The position numbers and the translations under genes were made by a program. 64,000 nucleotides of DNA from a virus (Duplodnaviria; Heunggongvirae; Uroviricota; Caudoviricetes). The stretch lies in IMG/VR virus record IMGVR_UViG_3300031555_010392, positions 1-64,000 of that record; one strand, 5' to 3'. Positions 35,656 to 45,195 of this stretch are shown piece after piece. The notes under the pieces are model-generated. The model saw only the letters and a program-made list of their open reading frames with translations, had not been told where the DNA came from and ran no database searches. Position 1 is the first letter of the stretch. Every line of letters begins with the position of its first letter.

Positions 35656-35796
35656 TTATTCCTCCTCAGAATCTTCTTTCTCAAACACACAAATGGGGAA
35701 GACATCATAGTTGCCATTGTCTCCGCCGAGGAATTCGACCAAACGAGCCTGAGCATCCGAGGTAAGATCACCAAAATAAATTTCAAAAGTATTCAT
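35656..35796 (-). CDS. hypothetical small acidic protein (46 aa)
   Basis: AAGGAG RBS; below track cutoff. Confidence 0.3.
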   Translation of the reverse strand: MNTFEIYFGDLTSDAQARLVEFLGGDNGNYDVFPICVFEKEDSEEE

Positions 35797-35807
35797 AATA
35801 TCTCTCC

Positions 35808-36206
35808 TTAATCCATATTCACGTACCACCAGCCGGTGCAGCGATCCGTTTCGCCGTTCCTCTCATCTTCTTCCGGATCATAATAGCCGGTTACGATTGT
35901 GACCTCTTCACCCTGTGAGCGGTACAGGCTTTCAATGAGATCCGCTATAGCATCGGCGGCATCGCTGGAACGGCACATGATTTCATCGCCGTTATTGCAC
36001 CAAACATCTTCATCAGAATGATCTGGAAGGCGATCTGCGATGATATTGAACCAGTTGACAGCATGTTTGGGTTTCAAAATTTCTTCGATCTTGTCCAGAA
36101 AATCAACCGCCTGGCAGTAGGTGAGGCCAAATTCCTGACTATCACTAAGCCCATTTTTTGCGGAAATGATTTCCTTGATTGCAGTAAGCTTTTTATTTGC
36201 GTTCAT
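35808..36206 (-). CDS. hypothetical acidic protein (132 aa)
   Basis: AAGGAGG RBS. Confidence 0.4.
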   Translation of the reverse strand: MNANKKLTAIKEIISAKNGLSDSQEFGLTYCQAVDFLDKIEEILKPKHAVNWFNIIADRLPDHSDEDVWCNNGDEIMCRSSDAADAIADLIESLYRSQGEEVTIVTGYYDPEEDERNGETDRCTGWWYVNMD

Positions 36207-36215
36207 TTTTCCTCC

Positions 36216-36818
36216 TTAATGCTTGTGAAATACGACATCATGACCACTGAGTGCCCAGCATTTAGCCTGACATTCCATGCAATTTCCAGAGCATTCAATG
36301 GCATTATCAGGTACACGATCCTCGGTTCCATCCTGCATCCATGCAACAGGGAAACGGGATTTCAATTCATCTGGAATATCCATCCCCGGCCATGCAGAAA
36401 GAATGAGCAAGAGATTCTTAGGCAAAGGTTCAGTCAGCTGAGCAAGCAGATCAAACCGCTTGGTAAAGGCGAGAAAGCGTGTATCGGGGTGCTTTTCAGC
36501 TACACGGATCCACATTTTGAAATAGTCGAGGCTGAAGAAATCGCCGCCTACATGGATACGAAACAGCCGCGGGGCATTGGGATTATCAAAATACCAGTTG
36601 AGATAGCCTTCCGCTTCCCAAAGAGAATCTTTACAGGCGGCATAATTGGCGGATCCATATTCGCGCACTTTCTTAAACCTTTCACAATGACGGCGATAAT
36701 AGCAGTCATGGTGACAGGTTTGACGTGCCTGTTCAGAACAGGTGATACCAGAAGGCAAAGAGAAAGAGGGGATCGCTCCCATTTTACGGTTGCCCTTGGA
36801 AATATGCAGTTTTATCAT
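36216..36818 (-). CDS. conserved phage protein, GP88-family-like Cys-rich N-terminus
   Basis: N-terminal KGNRKMGAIPSFSLPSGITC...C..C..CYY pattern; AAGGAG RBS; start re-called to MIKLHIS. Confidence 0.35.
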   Translation of the reverse strand: MIKLHISKGNRKMGAIPSFSLPSGITCSEQARQTCHHDCYYRRHCERFKKVREYGSANYAACKDSLWEAEGYLNWYFDNPNAPRLFRIHVGGDFFSLDYFKMWIRVAEKHPDTRFLAFTKRFDLLAQLTEPLPKNLLLILSAWPGMDIPDELKSRFPVAWMQDGTEDRVPDNAIECSGNCMECQAKCWALSGHDVVFHKH

Positions 36819-36926
36819 TTGTGAAGAACTCCTTGTAAAAGAACAGGTGCTATGATAATATTGAAATGTAGATTTTGATATGGCCTCAGTTTGGGTGTGC
36901 AAGACCCTGCTGAGGTCGCTTTTTAT

Positions 36927-37205
36927 TTAGCGATCTTTAAAGAAATCAATGGAATTTCTCCGACTTTCGCAGATGTGAACAGCCTCTTCAATGGCGAAGT
37001 CAAGAGAGACACCGTACTTGTCCATCTGACGGCGTGCTTCATAAGCGATTTCCTCCAGCTGATCTGCAGGACATTTATTATCCAAATGTGCCTCAACATC
37101 AGCAAGGTCATAAATATGTTCCTGTTCTATATATGCCTTATACAGTTCTGTCCCCGTCAGTTCAAATTCGTGCTCGATGCCATTGACCACACGTTTGATT
37201 TTCAT
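36927..37205 (-). CDS. hypothetical acidic protein (92 aa)
   Basis: GGAGG RBS. Confidence 0.4.
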   Translation of the reverse strand: MKIKRVVNGIEHEFELTGTELYKAYIEQEHIYDLADVEAHLDNKCPADQLEEIAYEARRQMDKYGVSLDFAIEEAVHICESRRNSIDFFKDR

Positions 37206-37208
37206 ACA

Positions 37209-37652
37209 TCAGCCTCCATTTGCAATATCCTGAAAATCGGGCGCAATAGGTTCATCAGTAAGAATGGAGATATACTCCTCCAGAATTTCATCAATATCGT
37301 CCTGTGTAAGCGACAGCTCCTCACGACCAAGATTCCAAGGATAGGAGGGCTGATAGATAAGGTAGGTTTCGCCATCAAAATCCGACGTAGCAGTGAACCA
37401 GATACCCTCACCCTCATGAATAGCTTCAACAAGAAGATCCGTAACGCCATAGGAGAAACACTCCTCAAGTGCTTCAAAATAATCCTTATGGGTGGGAGCA
37501 ACGATTCCATCTTTTTCAAAAGCTTTAAGGAAGCGATTATGGATCATGGGGGCTTTTTGGAACAAATTGAGCAGCCGCTCAAAAGAGGTATCTTCTGCAA
37601 GAGTAGAAGTACAGACGCCATAGCCGTAGTCATGCCAAGTCTTATAGCTCAT
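37209..37652 (-). CDS. hypothetical acidic protein (147 aa)
   Basis: ORF in array. Confidence 0.4.
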   Translation of the reverse strand: MSYKTWHDYGYGVCTSTLAEDTSFERLLNLFQKAPMIHNRFLKAFEKDGIVAPTHKDYFEALEECFSYGVTDLLVEAIHEGEGIWFTATSDFDGETYLIYQPSYPWNLGREELSLTQDDIDEILEEYISILTDEPIAPDFQDIANGG

Positions 37653-38032
37653 TCTGATTTCTCCGTTTCATAATCATATTTCTTAGGTGTAGTGTCACCA
37701 ATCAACCTTAGATATTTATAAATCGTAGGTCTGCTAAATGAGCACAGCCTTGCGAAATCGCTGATATTGATGGCACCTTTCTGATAAAGAGGATAATAAG
37801 AATGAAAAATTCGCGGGATATTTTCAGCGCTTGATTTAGGACGTCCAACCTTCTTCGAGGCGCGAGACGAAGAAACGATAGCAAGCTCAACGACGTCCTG
37901 TGATTTTTCCAGATCTGCAAAATATGATTCAACATTTTCGTGAACCATTGCGAGAGCAAGATGCTTTGATTCAGCTTCCACTTCAACGACAATGCTGTTT
38001 TTCTTTGTAAGTTTGATATAGTACTTGTTCAT
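37649..38032 (-). CDS. small DNA-binding protein with C-terminal HTH
   Basis: ISDFARLCSFSRPTIYKYLR helix-turn-helix; start re-called to MNKYYIK. Confidence 0.45.
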   Translation of the reverse strand: MNKYYIKLTKKNSIVVEVEAESKHLALAMVHENVESYFADLEKSQDVVELAIVSSSRASKKVGRPKSSAENIPRIFHSYYPLYQKGAINISDFARLCSFSRPTIYKYLRLIGDTTPKKYDYETEKSE

Positions 38033-38052
38033 AAACGCCCCTTTCTTTGGTT

Positions 38053-38391
38053 TTACGCCCATTGGCGGCGATATTTTTCCTTGATGACCAGCACCTGTCC
38101 CTTAATGCCATATTCAGAGCAATCGCCGCTGAACATATTGGTATTAGGATAGAAGAAGCGATTACTTTCGCGGACATCGAACAAATACATATTCTGCTGA
38201 ATTGCCTGTTCGATTTTCTGTTTTGAATCATGCTCCGTAAAATGGTAGCGGTATTTGATATTAACAAGCAGATCAAACTCGGCATAGAGCTTACCATTTA
38301 CCAGAAAAATAGGTTCTCCATGCATATGCTGCTGGCAAAAGTCTGAAAAACCAGAGATGCTGGGGATATACGTCTTTCGCGTAAAGATCAC
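38053..38391 (-). CDS. hypothetical protein (112 aa), GTG start coupled to upstream stop
   Basis: GTGA overlap with preceding small ORF. Confidence 0.4.
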   Translation of the reverse strand: MIFTRKTYIPSISGFSDFCQQHMHGEPIFLVNGKLYAEFDLLVNIKYRYHFTEHDSKQKIEQAIQQNMYLFDVRESNRFFYPNTNMFSGDCSEYGIKGQVLVIKEKYRRQWA

Positions 38392-38552
38392 TCCTCCAGT
38401 TCAAATCCTCGATGGCAAAAACCAGTCAGATCGGAAAGATAATCAGAAATACCCTCCTCGCAGTCAATATCGTTGGGAATTTCAATTTCCGTCGGGAGAA
38501 ATTCCAGTTCTTCCTCACAGTCCACATCCCAAATAATATTTGTTGCTTTCAT
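38388..38552 (-). CDS. hypothetical very acidic small protein (54 aa)
   Basis: AAGGAGG RBS; ATGA coupling; 18/54 D/E. Confidence 0.35.
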   Translation of the reverse strand: MKATNIIWDVDCEEELEFLPTEIEIPNDIDCEEGISDYLSDLTGFCHRGFELEE

Positions 38553-38717
38553 GCGTCCTCCTTAGAAACCATTCCGTACATTGTGTCTGTAGAAATATCG
38601 AGAATTTCTGCGCCAATAGCCAAAATAACATCCTGCGTTGCTTCATCGCCGTCGTTTACATCAAGAAACGATTTGACTATTGCAACGATATCATCAGGGA
38701 AGATAATCTCGTTCATG
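38549..38717 (-). CDS. hypothetical acidic protein (~55 aa)
   Basis: start re-called to MNEIIF. Confidence 0.3.
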
Positions 38718-38720
38718 TTC

Positions 38721-39011
38721 TCACTCCCATTCATAGGTCGGCAGACAGTCCTCAACGGGGCCATCGTGATCGAGACAGAGCCAATTGCATCCCTTGCTTT
38801 CTGCAAGCTGAAAACAAGCGAGGAGATCGAGCGGGATGTCTGTTTTCTGAGACAAGTCCCATTCGGTCAAGAACCAGCCGTAATGATCGAGGCCGGATTC
38901 CTTGTCATAAATACAGATATCAAAAGGGATCTCGAAAGCGTTGAACAATTCCGCTGTTTCTTCTTTAATGTGAGCGGTGGAAATGGTGAGCATTTTGCTG
39001 ATTTCAAGCAT
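38721..39011 (-). CDS. hypothetical protein (96 aa)
   Basis: start re-called to MLEISK (GGAGAAG RBS). Confidence 0.4.
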   Translation of the reverse strand: MLEISKMLTISTAHIKEETAELFNAFEIPFDICIYDKESGLDHYGWFLTEWDLSQKTDIPLDLLACFQLAESKGCNWLCLDHDGPVEDCLPTYEWE

Positions 39012-39297
39012 GATTGATCTTCTCCAATCTTTCTGCCAAAATAAAATAGTAATGCATATACTCATCACGGAAATCTTCGCTGGAACAAAAATCATCCAAA
39101 ATCAACTTGATTTCATCCACAAGGGTTTCAAAGGGGATGGCTCCAGGATCAGTGACTTCAAACTCAGTTCCGCCAAAGTAGAACCAGTATTCACCAATGT
39201 GGGCTTTCAGACCATCAACCTTGTCCAGCTCCGGGACGATGAGCTTGGCTTTTAAGCCATCTGCAATCATTTGACGTGTAATGTTGTGAGCAGTCAT
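39004..39297 (-). CDS. hypothetical protein (97 aa)
   Basis: ORF in array. Confidence 0.4.
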   Translation of the reverse strand: MTAHNITRQMIADGLKAKLIVPELDKVDGLKAHIGEYWFYFGGTEFEVTDPGAIPFETLVDEIKLILDDFCSSEDFRDEYMHYYFILAERLEKINHA

Positions 39298-39306
39298 AAC
39301 TCCTCC

Positions 39307-39750
39307 TCAAAAATGATTTGCTAATGTCTTAATAAAGCGATCAAATGTTTCCTGATCAACATCAGCAGGGATGGAAATAATCAATTGGTGGCAACCATTA
39401 AAGCCAGTTCCCTCTTCAAGGATGAACTCTGCGCAAGAGAAAGCGGAATACTTTTCAAGTCTTTCTGCAAGCTGCTGTAGAATGGCAGAGCTGGCGTCGA
39501 TATCACAATGATAAAGTTCCTGTACATAGCATTCGTCAGCTTCAAGAACGAAAAGAAGCCGGAACTCTTCATCTACCTCTCCAAGATAACAGGGAAGATG
39601 ATAGCTTTCGCTCCAATATTTCTTGTAGGCCGCACGAAGTACGCGAGGAAGTTCACCCTCGGTGATATCGTATTCCCCGTGGTAATGAAGTTCTCCGCAG
39701 GCGTTGGACCAGTATTTAACAGGGGAATTTTCATGTGTGAACATTCTCAT
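39307..39750 (-). CDS. hypothetical protein (147 aa)
   Basis: ORF in array. Confidence 0.4.
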   Translation of the reverse strand: MRMFTHENSPVKYWSNACGELHYHGEYDITEGELPRVLRAAYKKYWSESYHLPCYLGEVDEEFRLLFVLEADECYVQELYHCDIDASSAILQQLAERLEKYSAFSCAEFILEEGTGFNGCHQLIISIPADVDQETFDRFIKTLANHF

Positions 39751-39762
39751 ATGTTTTCTCCT

Positions 39763-40044
39763 TTACGCACTCAACATCCTGTCAACCATACCATCAGCAG
39801 ACTTAAGAGCCTCATCTTCACGCCAAAGCCTTGCTCCATAATCCTCTATAAACACCCTGTGGCCATCATCTCTTACGCAGAAGGTGGCGATAGTCTGTTT
39901 TTCGCTTCCGTAGGTAACAGACAAATACCAAGCTTTTCCGCTGCCATAAACGCCCCGATCTCCGTACTTCATGGTGAAAAGCATTTTTGTATTGTGGTCG
40001 AAATGGCTGTAAAACTTATGATTGATCATCTTCAGATACTTCAT
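39763..40044 (-). CDS. hypothetical protein (93 aa)
   Basis: ORF in array. Confidence 0.4.
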   Translation of the reverse strand: MKYLKMINHKFYSHFDHNTKMLFTMKYGDRGVYGSGKAWYLSVTYGSEKQTIATFCVRDDGHRVFIEDYGARLWREDEALKSADGMVDRMLSA

Positions 40045-40057
40045 TGGTCAGTCCTCC

Positions 40058-40351
40058 TTAAACACAGAAAGAAAAGGGGGTGGTATTATATACAACATCG
40101 ACCGTATTCCAGCCTTCAAACGTACCTATGGTGACCTTAGTAAAGCGAAGAATATCATTCAAAGCATGGTCTGAAAGAATTCCTTTTGAGAGATAATGTC
40201 TATTCCTCAAAGATATAAGCGCTTTTGCTTTTTCCGGCTGGCCTTTAGGAGAGACATATACCTGAAAAGGAGAGGTTGCAGACGGATAGCAATCGTAATC
40301 AGGGTAGGCAAGCTGCAGGATGTTGACGATCTGCATGCGGTTAAAATACAT
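40058..40351 (-). CDS. hypothetical protein (97 aa)
   Basis: start re-called to MYFNRMQ with GGAGG RBS. Confidence 0.35.
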   Translation of the reverse strand: MYFNRMQIVNILQLAYPDYDCYPSATSPFQVYVSPKGQPEKAKALISLRNRHYLSKGILSDHALNDILRFTKVTIGTFEGWNTVDVVYNTTPFSFCV

Positions 40352-40622
40352 GAATCGTTTCCTCCATATGCAAACAATCGATGAGAGCACCCCACTTTTT
40401 ATGAAGGGACTCAAGACGTTCATCCATGATATAAAAGAAATCCCAAATCTGGTCATCTGTTTCAATGGGATCTTTGAACATTTCTTTGAAGTCTTCCAGA
40501 AAGCGGGTTTTATCCGCGGCCGAGGGTAGGGTCACCTTCCAGATATCATCGTTGCATTCGCGATCAGGATAATGGAAACGCACATAAAATGGAGGCTGAT
40601 AGCAACAAGAATCCAAATTCAT
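40341..40622 (-). CDS. hypothetical protein (93 aa)
   Basis: ORF in array. Confidence 0.4.
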   Translation of the reverse strand: MNLDSCCYQPPFYVRFHYPDRECNDDIWKVTLPSAADKTRFLEDFKEMFKDPIETDDQIWDFFYIMDERLESLHKKWGALIDCLHMEETIHVF

Positions 40623-40855
40623 ATTTTATACCCACTTTCTGCGGCAAAATTTAAAACATCAACGAGGATAAAACTAAGTTTATCCATAGGCAATCCGCCA
40701 TTTTCTAAGTATCTGATTTCACTATCGTATAAGAAATCTTCATGTCTATATCCCTTAAATACAAGTGTAAGCTGGTTGTTGGGAAGCCGTTCACAGGTGA
40801 CCAAAGGAGCTATGATATGGATCGCATTGATAATGGTTTCTCTGTTTACAAACAT
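40619..40855 (-). CDS. hypothetical protein (78 aa)
   Basis: start re-called to MFVNRE. Confidence 0.4.
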   Translation of the reverse strand: MFVNRETIINAIHIIAPLVTCERLPNNQLTLVFKGYRHEDFLYDSEIRYLENGGLPMDKLSFILVDVLNFAAESGYKI

Positions 40856-40860
40856 TTTTA

Positions 40861-41154
40861 TCACTTCCTTACGCACAGATGCTTTGCCAAATCAATGGCG
40901 TTAAATATGACAATTCTCAAATATTCTGCATCAAAACGACCAGTTCTAAGAAGGGTGACAAAGCTGTCTGACACAAGAGGGATATAATCTCCTGAATAAT
41001 CGTTAAAATAGTTCTCGCAAAAAACCTGATAGGTATTATGAGGACGCCATTCCAGCTCAGGCACCGCAATGCGAAGCGCATTGATGACCTGATTTCTATT
41101 GAGAAACAAACTGCAAACCTCCTTTGTAACAGAAAGGGGGGCAAATTCAATCAT
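40861..41154 (-). CDS. hypothetical protein (~97 aa), start uncertain
   Basis: ORF in array; no clear RBS. Confidence 0.3.
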   Translation of the reverse strand: MIEFAPLSVTKEVCSLFLNRNQVINALRIAVPELEWRPHNTYQVFCENYFNDYSGDYIPLVSDSFVTLLRTGRFDAEYLRIVIFNAIDLAKHLCVRK

Positions 41155-41503
41155 CAAAAGTGCCAAACTCATTAGCAAGAAACATACGAAGAATGTTGTG
41201 ATCAGGCCTCAATTCACGCTGGGTGAAGCTCTGGATGTGCAGCCATTTATCAGTTATATTTTTCAAATAAAGATTATGAGCACCGAGCGTGTCACTCCAA
41301 TGGTACTTAGAGCAAAGCGCCACCAGAGCATTGGTATAAACGACAATATTGTCAGAATCGGGCAACTTCAAAAGCATGTCCAACTGACGAAGATTTTTGA
41401 TGCAGCCGTATTTGGCGTCAACAACCCAAGGGGTGAAGCCGTAAATGGAAATTTCATCCTCTTCCCGCTTTGAAAGAGGGCCTGTGGTAAAATAGATTTT
41501 CAT
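41147..41503 (-). CDS. hypothetical protein (118 aa)
   Basis: GGAGG RBS. Confidence 0.4.
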   Translation of the reverse strand: MKIYFTTGPLSKREEDEISIYGFTPWVVDAKYGCIKNLRQLDMLLKLPDSDNIVVYTNALVALCSKYHWSDTLGAHNLYLKNITDKWLHIQSFTQRELRPDHNILRMFLANEFGTFDD

Positions 41504-41512
41504 ATGGCCTCC

Positions 41513-41698
41513 TTAGTAGTCGATCAAATTTCCCTCTTCATCTGTAGCATTCACAGCGCTAAGAGTGATTACATCGATGGTGTTAAAATCTGCATCAGAT
41601 GCAGCAAACAAAGCCTTTTCCTTGGCTATATAGACGTTGTTTGCTTCGACCTCTACATCCATACGCCCATCAAAAGCAACAGAAACGATGTATTTCAT
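41513..41698 (-). CDS. hypothetical protein (61 aa)
   Basis: AAAGGAG RBS. Confidence 0.35.
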   Translation of the reverse strand: MKYIVSVAFDGRMDVEVEANNVYIAKEKALFAASDADFNTIDVITLSAVNATDEEGNLIDY

Positions 41699-41807
41699 TT
41701 TGAACTCCTTTTATTCTGCGTAATAAGTGACTTCTTTGCGCGATTCCCATATCGCATTTGATTCGTTCGACTTCATCAAATGTCAAAATTGTAACATCTT
41801 TCATCAT
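41670..41807 (-). CDS. possible small ORF (45 aa) overlapping the next gene start
   Basis: AAGGAG RBS 10 nt before ATGATG; overlaps downstream RBS in another frame. Confidence 0.2.
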   Translation of the reverse strand: MMKDVTILTFDEVERIKCDMGIAQRSHLLRRIKGVQNEIHRFCCF

Positions 41808-41829
41808 AAAGAAGATACTCCTTTACGCT

Positions 41830-42057
41830 TTAATTGATTGTCAGCTCACATTTCAATTTAAGAACTTCTTCGTATTCATCGATAAGTTCCACAGAACCAA
41901 CATCAAGGCGAACAGCGTTATAAACTGCGTTGCCCAAGTGATCATACACGTCTTCAATTTTCATATAGATGTTACCGCCATGCTCGAAAACGTGCCCTCT
42001 GAGAAGACTGCTGAATGATTCCTTCGCGGGAAGTGGTCTATTGTCAATAATATTCAT
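41830..42057 (-). CDS. hypothetical protein (75 aa)
   Basis: GGAGG RBS. Confidence 0.4.
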   Translation of the reverse strand: MNIIDNRPLPAKESFSSLLRGHVFEHGGNIYMKIEDVYDHLGNAVYNAVRLDVGSVELIDEYEEVLKLKCELTIN

Positions 42058-42075
42058 GGATTATTTAACCTCCAT

Positions 42076-42372
42076 TCAGGCGTAATAAAACCCGTGCTCA
42101 AAAAACCATTCTTTTGTGACACCATCAGGCACTCGATTATAAATATATTTTTTCCAGTGTTTATACATCCCTTTCACAGCGGTCGGACTGCCATGGTATT
42201 CAAGCTCCACACCAGTGTCATCTGCTCCCCATGCAGAGACTTTGCACCAATAATCTTCCTGAAAATGTGTCTGGACGATAGAAAGAACAACATAACCGCC
42301 TGAATAGCATGGGTACCAATCGTCCTTGACGAAAATCTTACGAGTCTCTCTTTTGTAATCAAATATTTCCAT
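42076..42372 (-). CDS. hypothetical protein (98 aa)
   Basis: GGAGG RBS. Confidence 0.4.
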   Translation of the reverse strand: MEIFDYKRETRKIFVKDDWYPCYSGGYVVLSIVQTHFQEDYWCKVSAWGADDTGVELEYHGSPTAVKGMYKHWKKYIYNRVPDGVTKEWFFEHGFYYA

Positions 42373-42423
42373 TCAATACACCTCCGTCCATCCATTTCTC
42401 TGAATAATCCTGTCTCATCTAAT

Positions 42424-42603
42424 TCACCACAACCATAAAGTTTCACCGCCTAAAATAAGCTTTGGCGGGTATGTTTCTGCAGCTGTTCCGAGATAAGCCT
42501 TGTAAAATCTTTTAGCGGTTCTCTTAAACAAGAAACAATAACGCTCAAGAACCTGTTCTGTTTCCCAATCAAGAACTTCAACTATCCAAATCGTGATTCT
42601 CAT
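42424..42603 (-). CDS. hypothetical small protein (59 aa)
   Basis: GGAAGGAG RBS; ATGA coupling; below track cutoff. Confidence 0.3.
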   Translation of the reverse strand: MRITIWIVEVLDWETEQVLERYCFLFKRTAKRFYKAYLGTAAETYPPKLILGGETLWLW

Positions 42604-42890
42604 TTAATCTCCTTCCAACCATTCCGCTCAATAATGCGGCGCATATTGGCTACGCCAACGGGATTCATGCTATGGATGCGAATTGGAATAGAAAAGTCTT
42701 TTTCATACGTTGTTTCAATCCAATTAAGAATATAAATATAATCTAAACCAAAGTCTCCGGCGTCATGATCAAGATCAATAAGTTTAATCTTGTCATAACT
42801 ACGACCAATAATACTAATAGTATCTGTACAAGTTGTAATCCAAACATAACCCTCCGGTGCGGGACGAACATCATCAACCCAAAGTTTCAT
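42600..42890 (-). CDS. hypothetical protein (96 aa)
   Basis: GGAAGGAG RBS. Confidence 0.4.
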   Translation of the reverse strand: MKLWVDDVRPAPEGYVWITTCTDTISIIGRSYDKIKLIDLDHDAGDFGLDYIYILNWIETTYEKDFSIPIRIHSMNPVGVANMRRIIERNGWKEIK

Positions 42891-43200
42891 TCATACGTCT
42901 CCTTCCGCACCAGACAAAGTCACACCGATCTTTGCCAAAGAGCTTTTCACAGTCGTTATCAAATCCAGCTCCATGCCAGCAGAACTTGCAGGCATCTGAA
43001 CAATGGGAAAGTGCTAAAAGCAAAGCCTCATTATCTTTTTCAAGATCAATGATATAATCATGTGCGTTCCCCATGGTTTCTGACTTGCGACTGCACTCAT
43101 AACAAGTAGCATAATGATCATAGGTCTGCCTGAATTCTCTACATCCACTGCAACAGGCGCCGTCAAGAAGGACGGACTTCATTTCAGCAATCGGATCCAT
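42874..43200 (-). CDS. hypothetical Cys-rich (multi-CxxC) protein
   Basis: start re-called to MDPIAE with GGAGG RBS; CCSGC, CYEC, CKFC, C..WC pairs. Confidence 0.4.
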   Translation of the reverse strand: MDPIAEMKSVLLDGACCSGCREFRQTYDHYATCYECSRKSETMGNAHDYIIDLEKDNEALLLALSHCSDACKFCWHGAGFDNDCEKLFGKDRCDFVWCGRRRMNETLG

Positions 43201-43444
43201 TGAATTCCTCCAATTCCGTTTTAACATCAGGATTCAAAACATGCTCTTTTAGCATGCAGAAATTCAGATCGGCAAGTTGAGAGGGGTAGTCCCGATGTAC
43301 TCGTCTGACAGCTTCCTCAAAAGCCTTGTAAATCTTCTCTGCGCGGATTTGGTAAACAACCCGTGTTTCCCCACGGTTTACACGAAGCTCGTGAGCGTTG
43401 CAGGCATAGTCTTTAAGGATGAACATAATGGCATAAGTGTTCAT
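43184..43444 (-). CDS. hypothetical protein (86 aa)
   Basis: GGAGG RBS. Confidence 0.4.
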   Translation of the reverse strand: MNTYAIMFILKDYACNAHELRVNRGETRVVYQIRAEKIYKAFEEAVRRVHRDYPSQLADLNFCMLKEHVLNPDVKTELEEFNGSDC

Positions 43445-43466
43445 AATCCCTCCAAAGCAGGGAGCA

Positions 43467-43826
43467 TTACGCTCCCTGCAATTCTCCTTCGATATAACCT
43501 TTCAGCAGCACACGCCCCGCGGCAAGACGAACGTCATCATCGTTCCAGACACCTTCCATATGAATAGAGGTGGTTTCCATAACATCGTCCACGATCTGAC
43601 CGATCAGGTCATCAGGAATGTGAGCGGCGTAGTCGCGACTGAAACAGGTGTTGAGATGCCAGCTGATGTGCTCTTTTACCTCAGAGCGGATGATTTCTTC
43701 CGGGCAGCGGTTAAACTGTGCTTTAGAATGACAGTGGGGGCAAACCATATCCAAATCATTGTCAACCTTGATCATGTCCACGGTGGATTTGGCGCCGCAT
43801 TTATCACAGGTAAACAGGTTAAACAT
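43467..43826 (-). CDS. hypothetical zinc-ribbon protein
   Basis: CDKCG...CPHCH; start re-called to MFNLFT with GGAGG RBS. Confidence 0.4.
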   Translation of the reverse strand: MFNLFTCDKCGAKSTVDMIKVDNDLDMVCPHCHSKAQFNRCPEEIIRSEVKEHISWHLNTCFSRDYAAHIPDDLIGQIVDDVMETTSIHMEGVWNDDDVRLAAGRVLLKGYIEGELQGA

Positions 43827-43858
43827 GGGATTCCTCCTTATCAAAATCGAAAGATCAA

Positions 43859-44200
43859 TTAAGAAGACGTGGTGAGATCACGGATGGAAATGTTGAAAAT
43901 ATCGAGAAAACGACTGGGAGCCATGCGGGCATCTGTGTCTTTATTGATCAGGTTCAAATGTCTGCCCATGATGCCGGTTCCATGCCTGTTTCTGGAGATA
44001 TACAGATGGTTGCGATACCAAGAAGGGCACAAACGATGCGTGGGGATGAAGGCGATCAAAGAATTGTCCGAGAAATAAAAGACGCCATATTTATTGCGGC
44101 ACGCCTTTGCTTTCATGCGTGCATTGTAAGTGCGACAGTTCGAATAATACCAGGTTTTCGACGGGGTACCACAAAGATCAACGACTTCACCAAAGGTCAT
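43859..44200 (-). CDS. hypothetical protein (113 aa)
   Basis: GGAGG RBS. Confidence 0.4.
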   Translation of the reverse strand: MTFGEVVDLCGTPSKTWYYSNCRTYNARMKAKACRNKYGVFYFSDNSLIAFIPTHRLCPSWYRNHLYISRNRHGTGIMGRHLNLINKDTDARMAPSRFLDIFNISIRDLTTSS

Positions 44201-44216
44201 GAAATGATTTCCTCCT

Positions 44217-44456
44217 TTACGACAATGCGGTCAGAAGCGGCTGATGATCCAGCTTTTTATACTTGGACATCATGCAAATCCCATGCTGATCCTTGTCACA
44301 GGCAAATGCCTTATCCTTGACGGGGCAAATGGAGCAGAGCATGACCGTTGCGCCACATTCAGGACAGGTGGTTTGACGGTGGTTGAGCGAGGTATCAAAG
44401 GAACCGTGGATATCCGCTTCACAGTGAGGACAGACCTCGTAGACAATTCTTCTCAT
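44217..44456 (-). CDS. hypothetical zinc-ribbon protein (CPHC...CPEC...CSIC)
   Basis: GGAGG RBS. Confidence 0.4.
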   Translation of the reverse strand: MRRIVYEVCPHCEADIHGSFDTSLNHRQTTCPECGATVMLCSICPVKDKAFACDKDQHGICMMSKYKKLDHQPLLTALS

Positions 44457-44475
44457 GATAATTCCTCCTTTTGTT

Positions 44476-44796
44476 TCATCTGTTGAGGTAATAGGGATTG
44501 GTGATCAAAAAGGAACCAGAGCGAACATTATTTGCAAAAAGTGTGGTGAGGTGAAAATGGTTCTGGATCGCCCGGCATTCCTCTTGCGTAGCGGGGGATG
44601 CCTGAAGAAGACTGTACCCAGAGAAATAAATATCACGATGAATGCATATCGATAATCGCTCATAGCGCGGCAGAAGCTGCTTTTCATAAAAAGAAGAGTG
44701 CTTCAAGTCTTCTCCATTCGCTATACCGGGGAGCACAATGCGGGATTTGGGTTCGTTCTTTATGTAATAGACCGTGAAGCATATGCCTTTTCTCAT
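44476..44796 (-). CDS. questionable ORF (106 aa)
   Basis: fills gap but no RBS; poor composition. Confidence 0.15.
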   Translation of the reverse strand: MRKGICFTVYYIKNEPKSRIVLPGIANGEDLKHSSFYEKQLLPRYERLSICIHRDIYFSGYSLLQASPATQEECRAIQNHFHLTTLFANNVRSGSFLITNPYYLNR

Positions 44797-44808
44797 ACGG
44801 CTGCTCCA

Positions 44809-45183
44809 TTAACGCTTCAGGTACCAAGGATTTTTGACGATGTGCCTATCCCGAGAAATGATTTTTCCAAACACATTTTCAATCGCTTCAATATGCTTTC
44901 CAATGTCCGGAAGAAGAGGACCCTCCACCCAACGACAACCGTTGACAGGATCAAGGACATACAGACGGCTTTGCATAGTGAGCGTCGCATAGTCCAAAAG
45001 ACCGGGAATCGCAAAGGCATTGGCGTTGACCAGTTCTGCAATATATGAACTATGCGCTTCAACACGATGATTTGTAACGATTTGCACATCGGGAAATTCA
45101 CTGATCGTAACCAAGGTGAAACCAACGCGCGGTTTGCCAGCGGATTTATACCACGCTTTGTAAGCGAGCTCTTTATCATTCAT
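44809..45183 (-). CDS. hypothetical protein (124 aa)
   Basis: AAGGAGAG RBS 6 nt before MNDKEL. Confidence 0.4.
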   Translation of the reverse strand: MNDKELAYKAWYKSAGKPRVGFTLVTISEFPDVQIVTNHRVEAHSSYIAELVNANAFAIPGLLDYATLTMQSRLYVLDPVNGCRWVEGPLLPDIGKHIEAIENVFGKIISRDRHIVKNPWYLKR

Positions 45184-45195
45184 ATACATCTCTCC

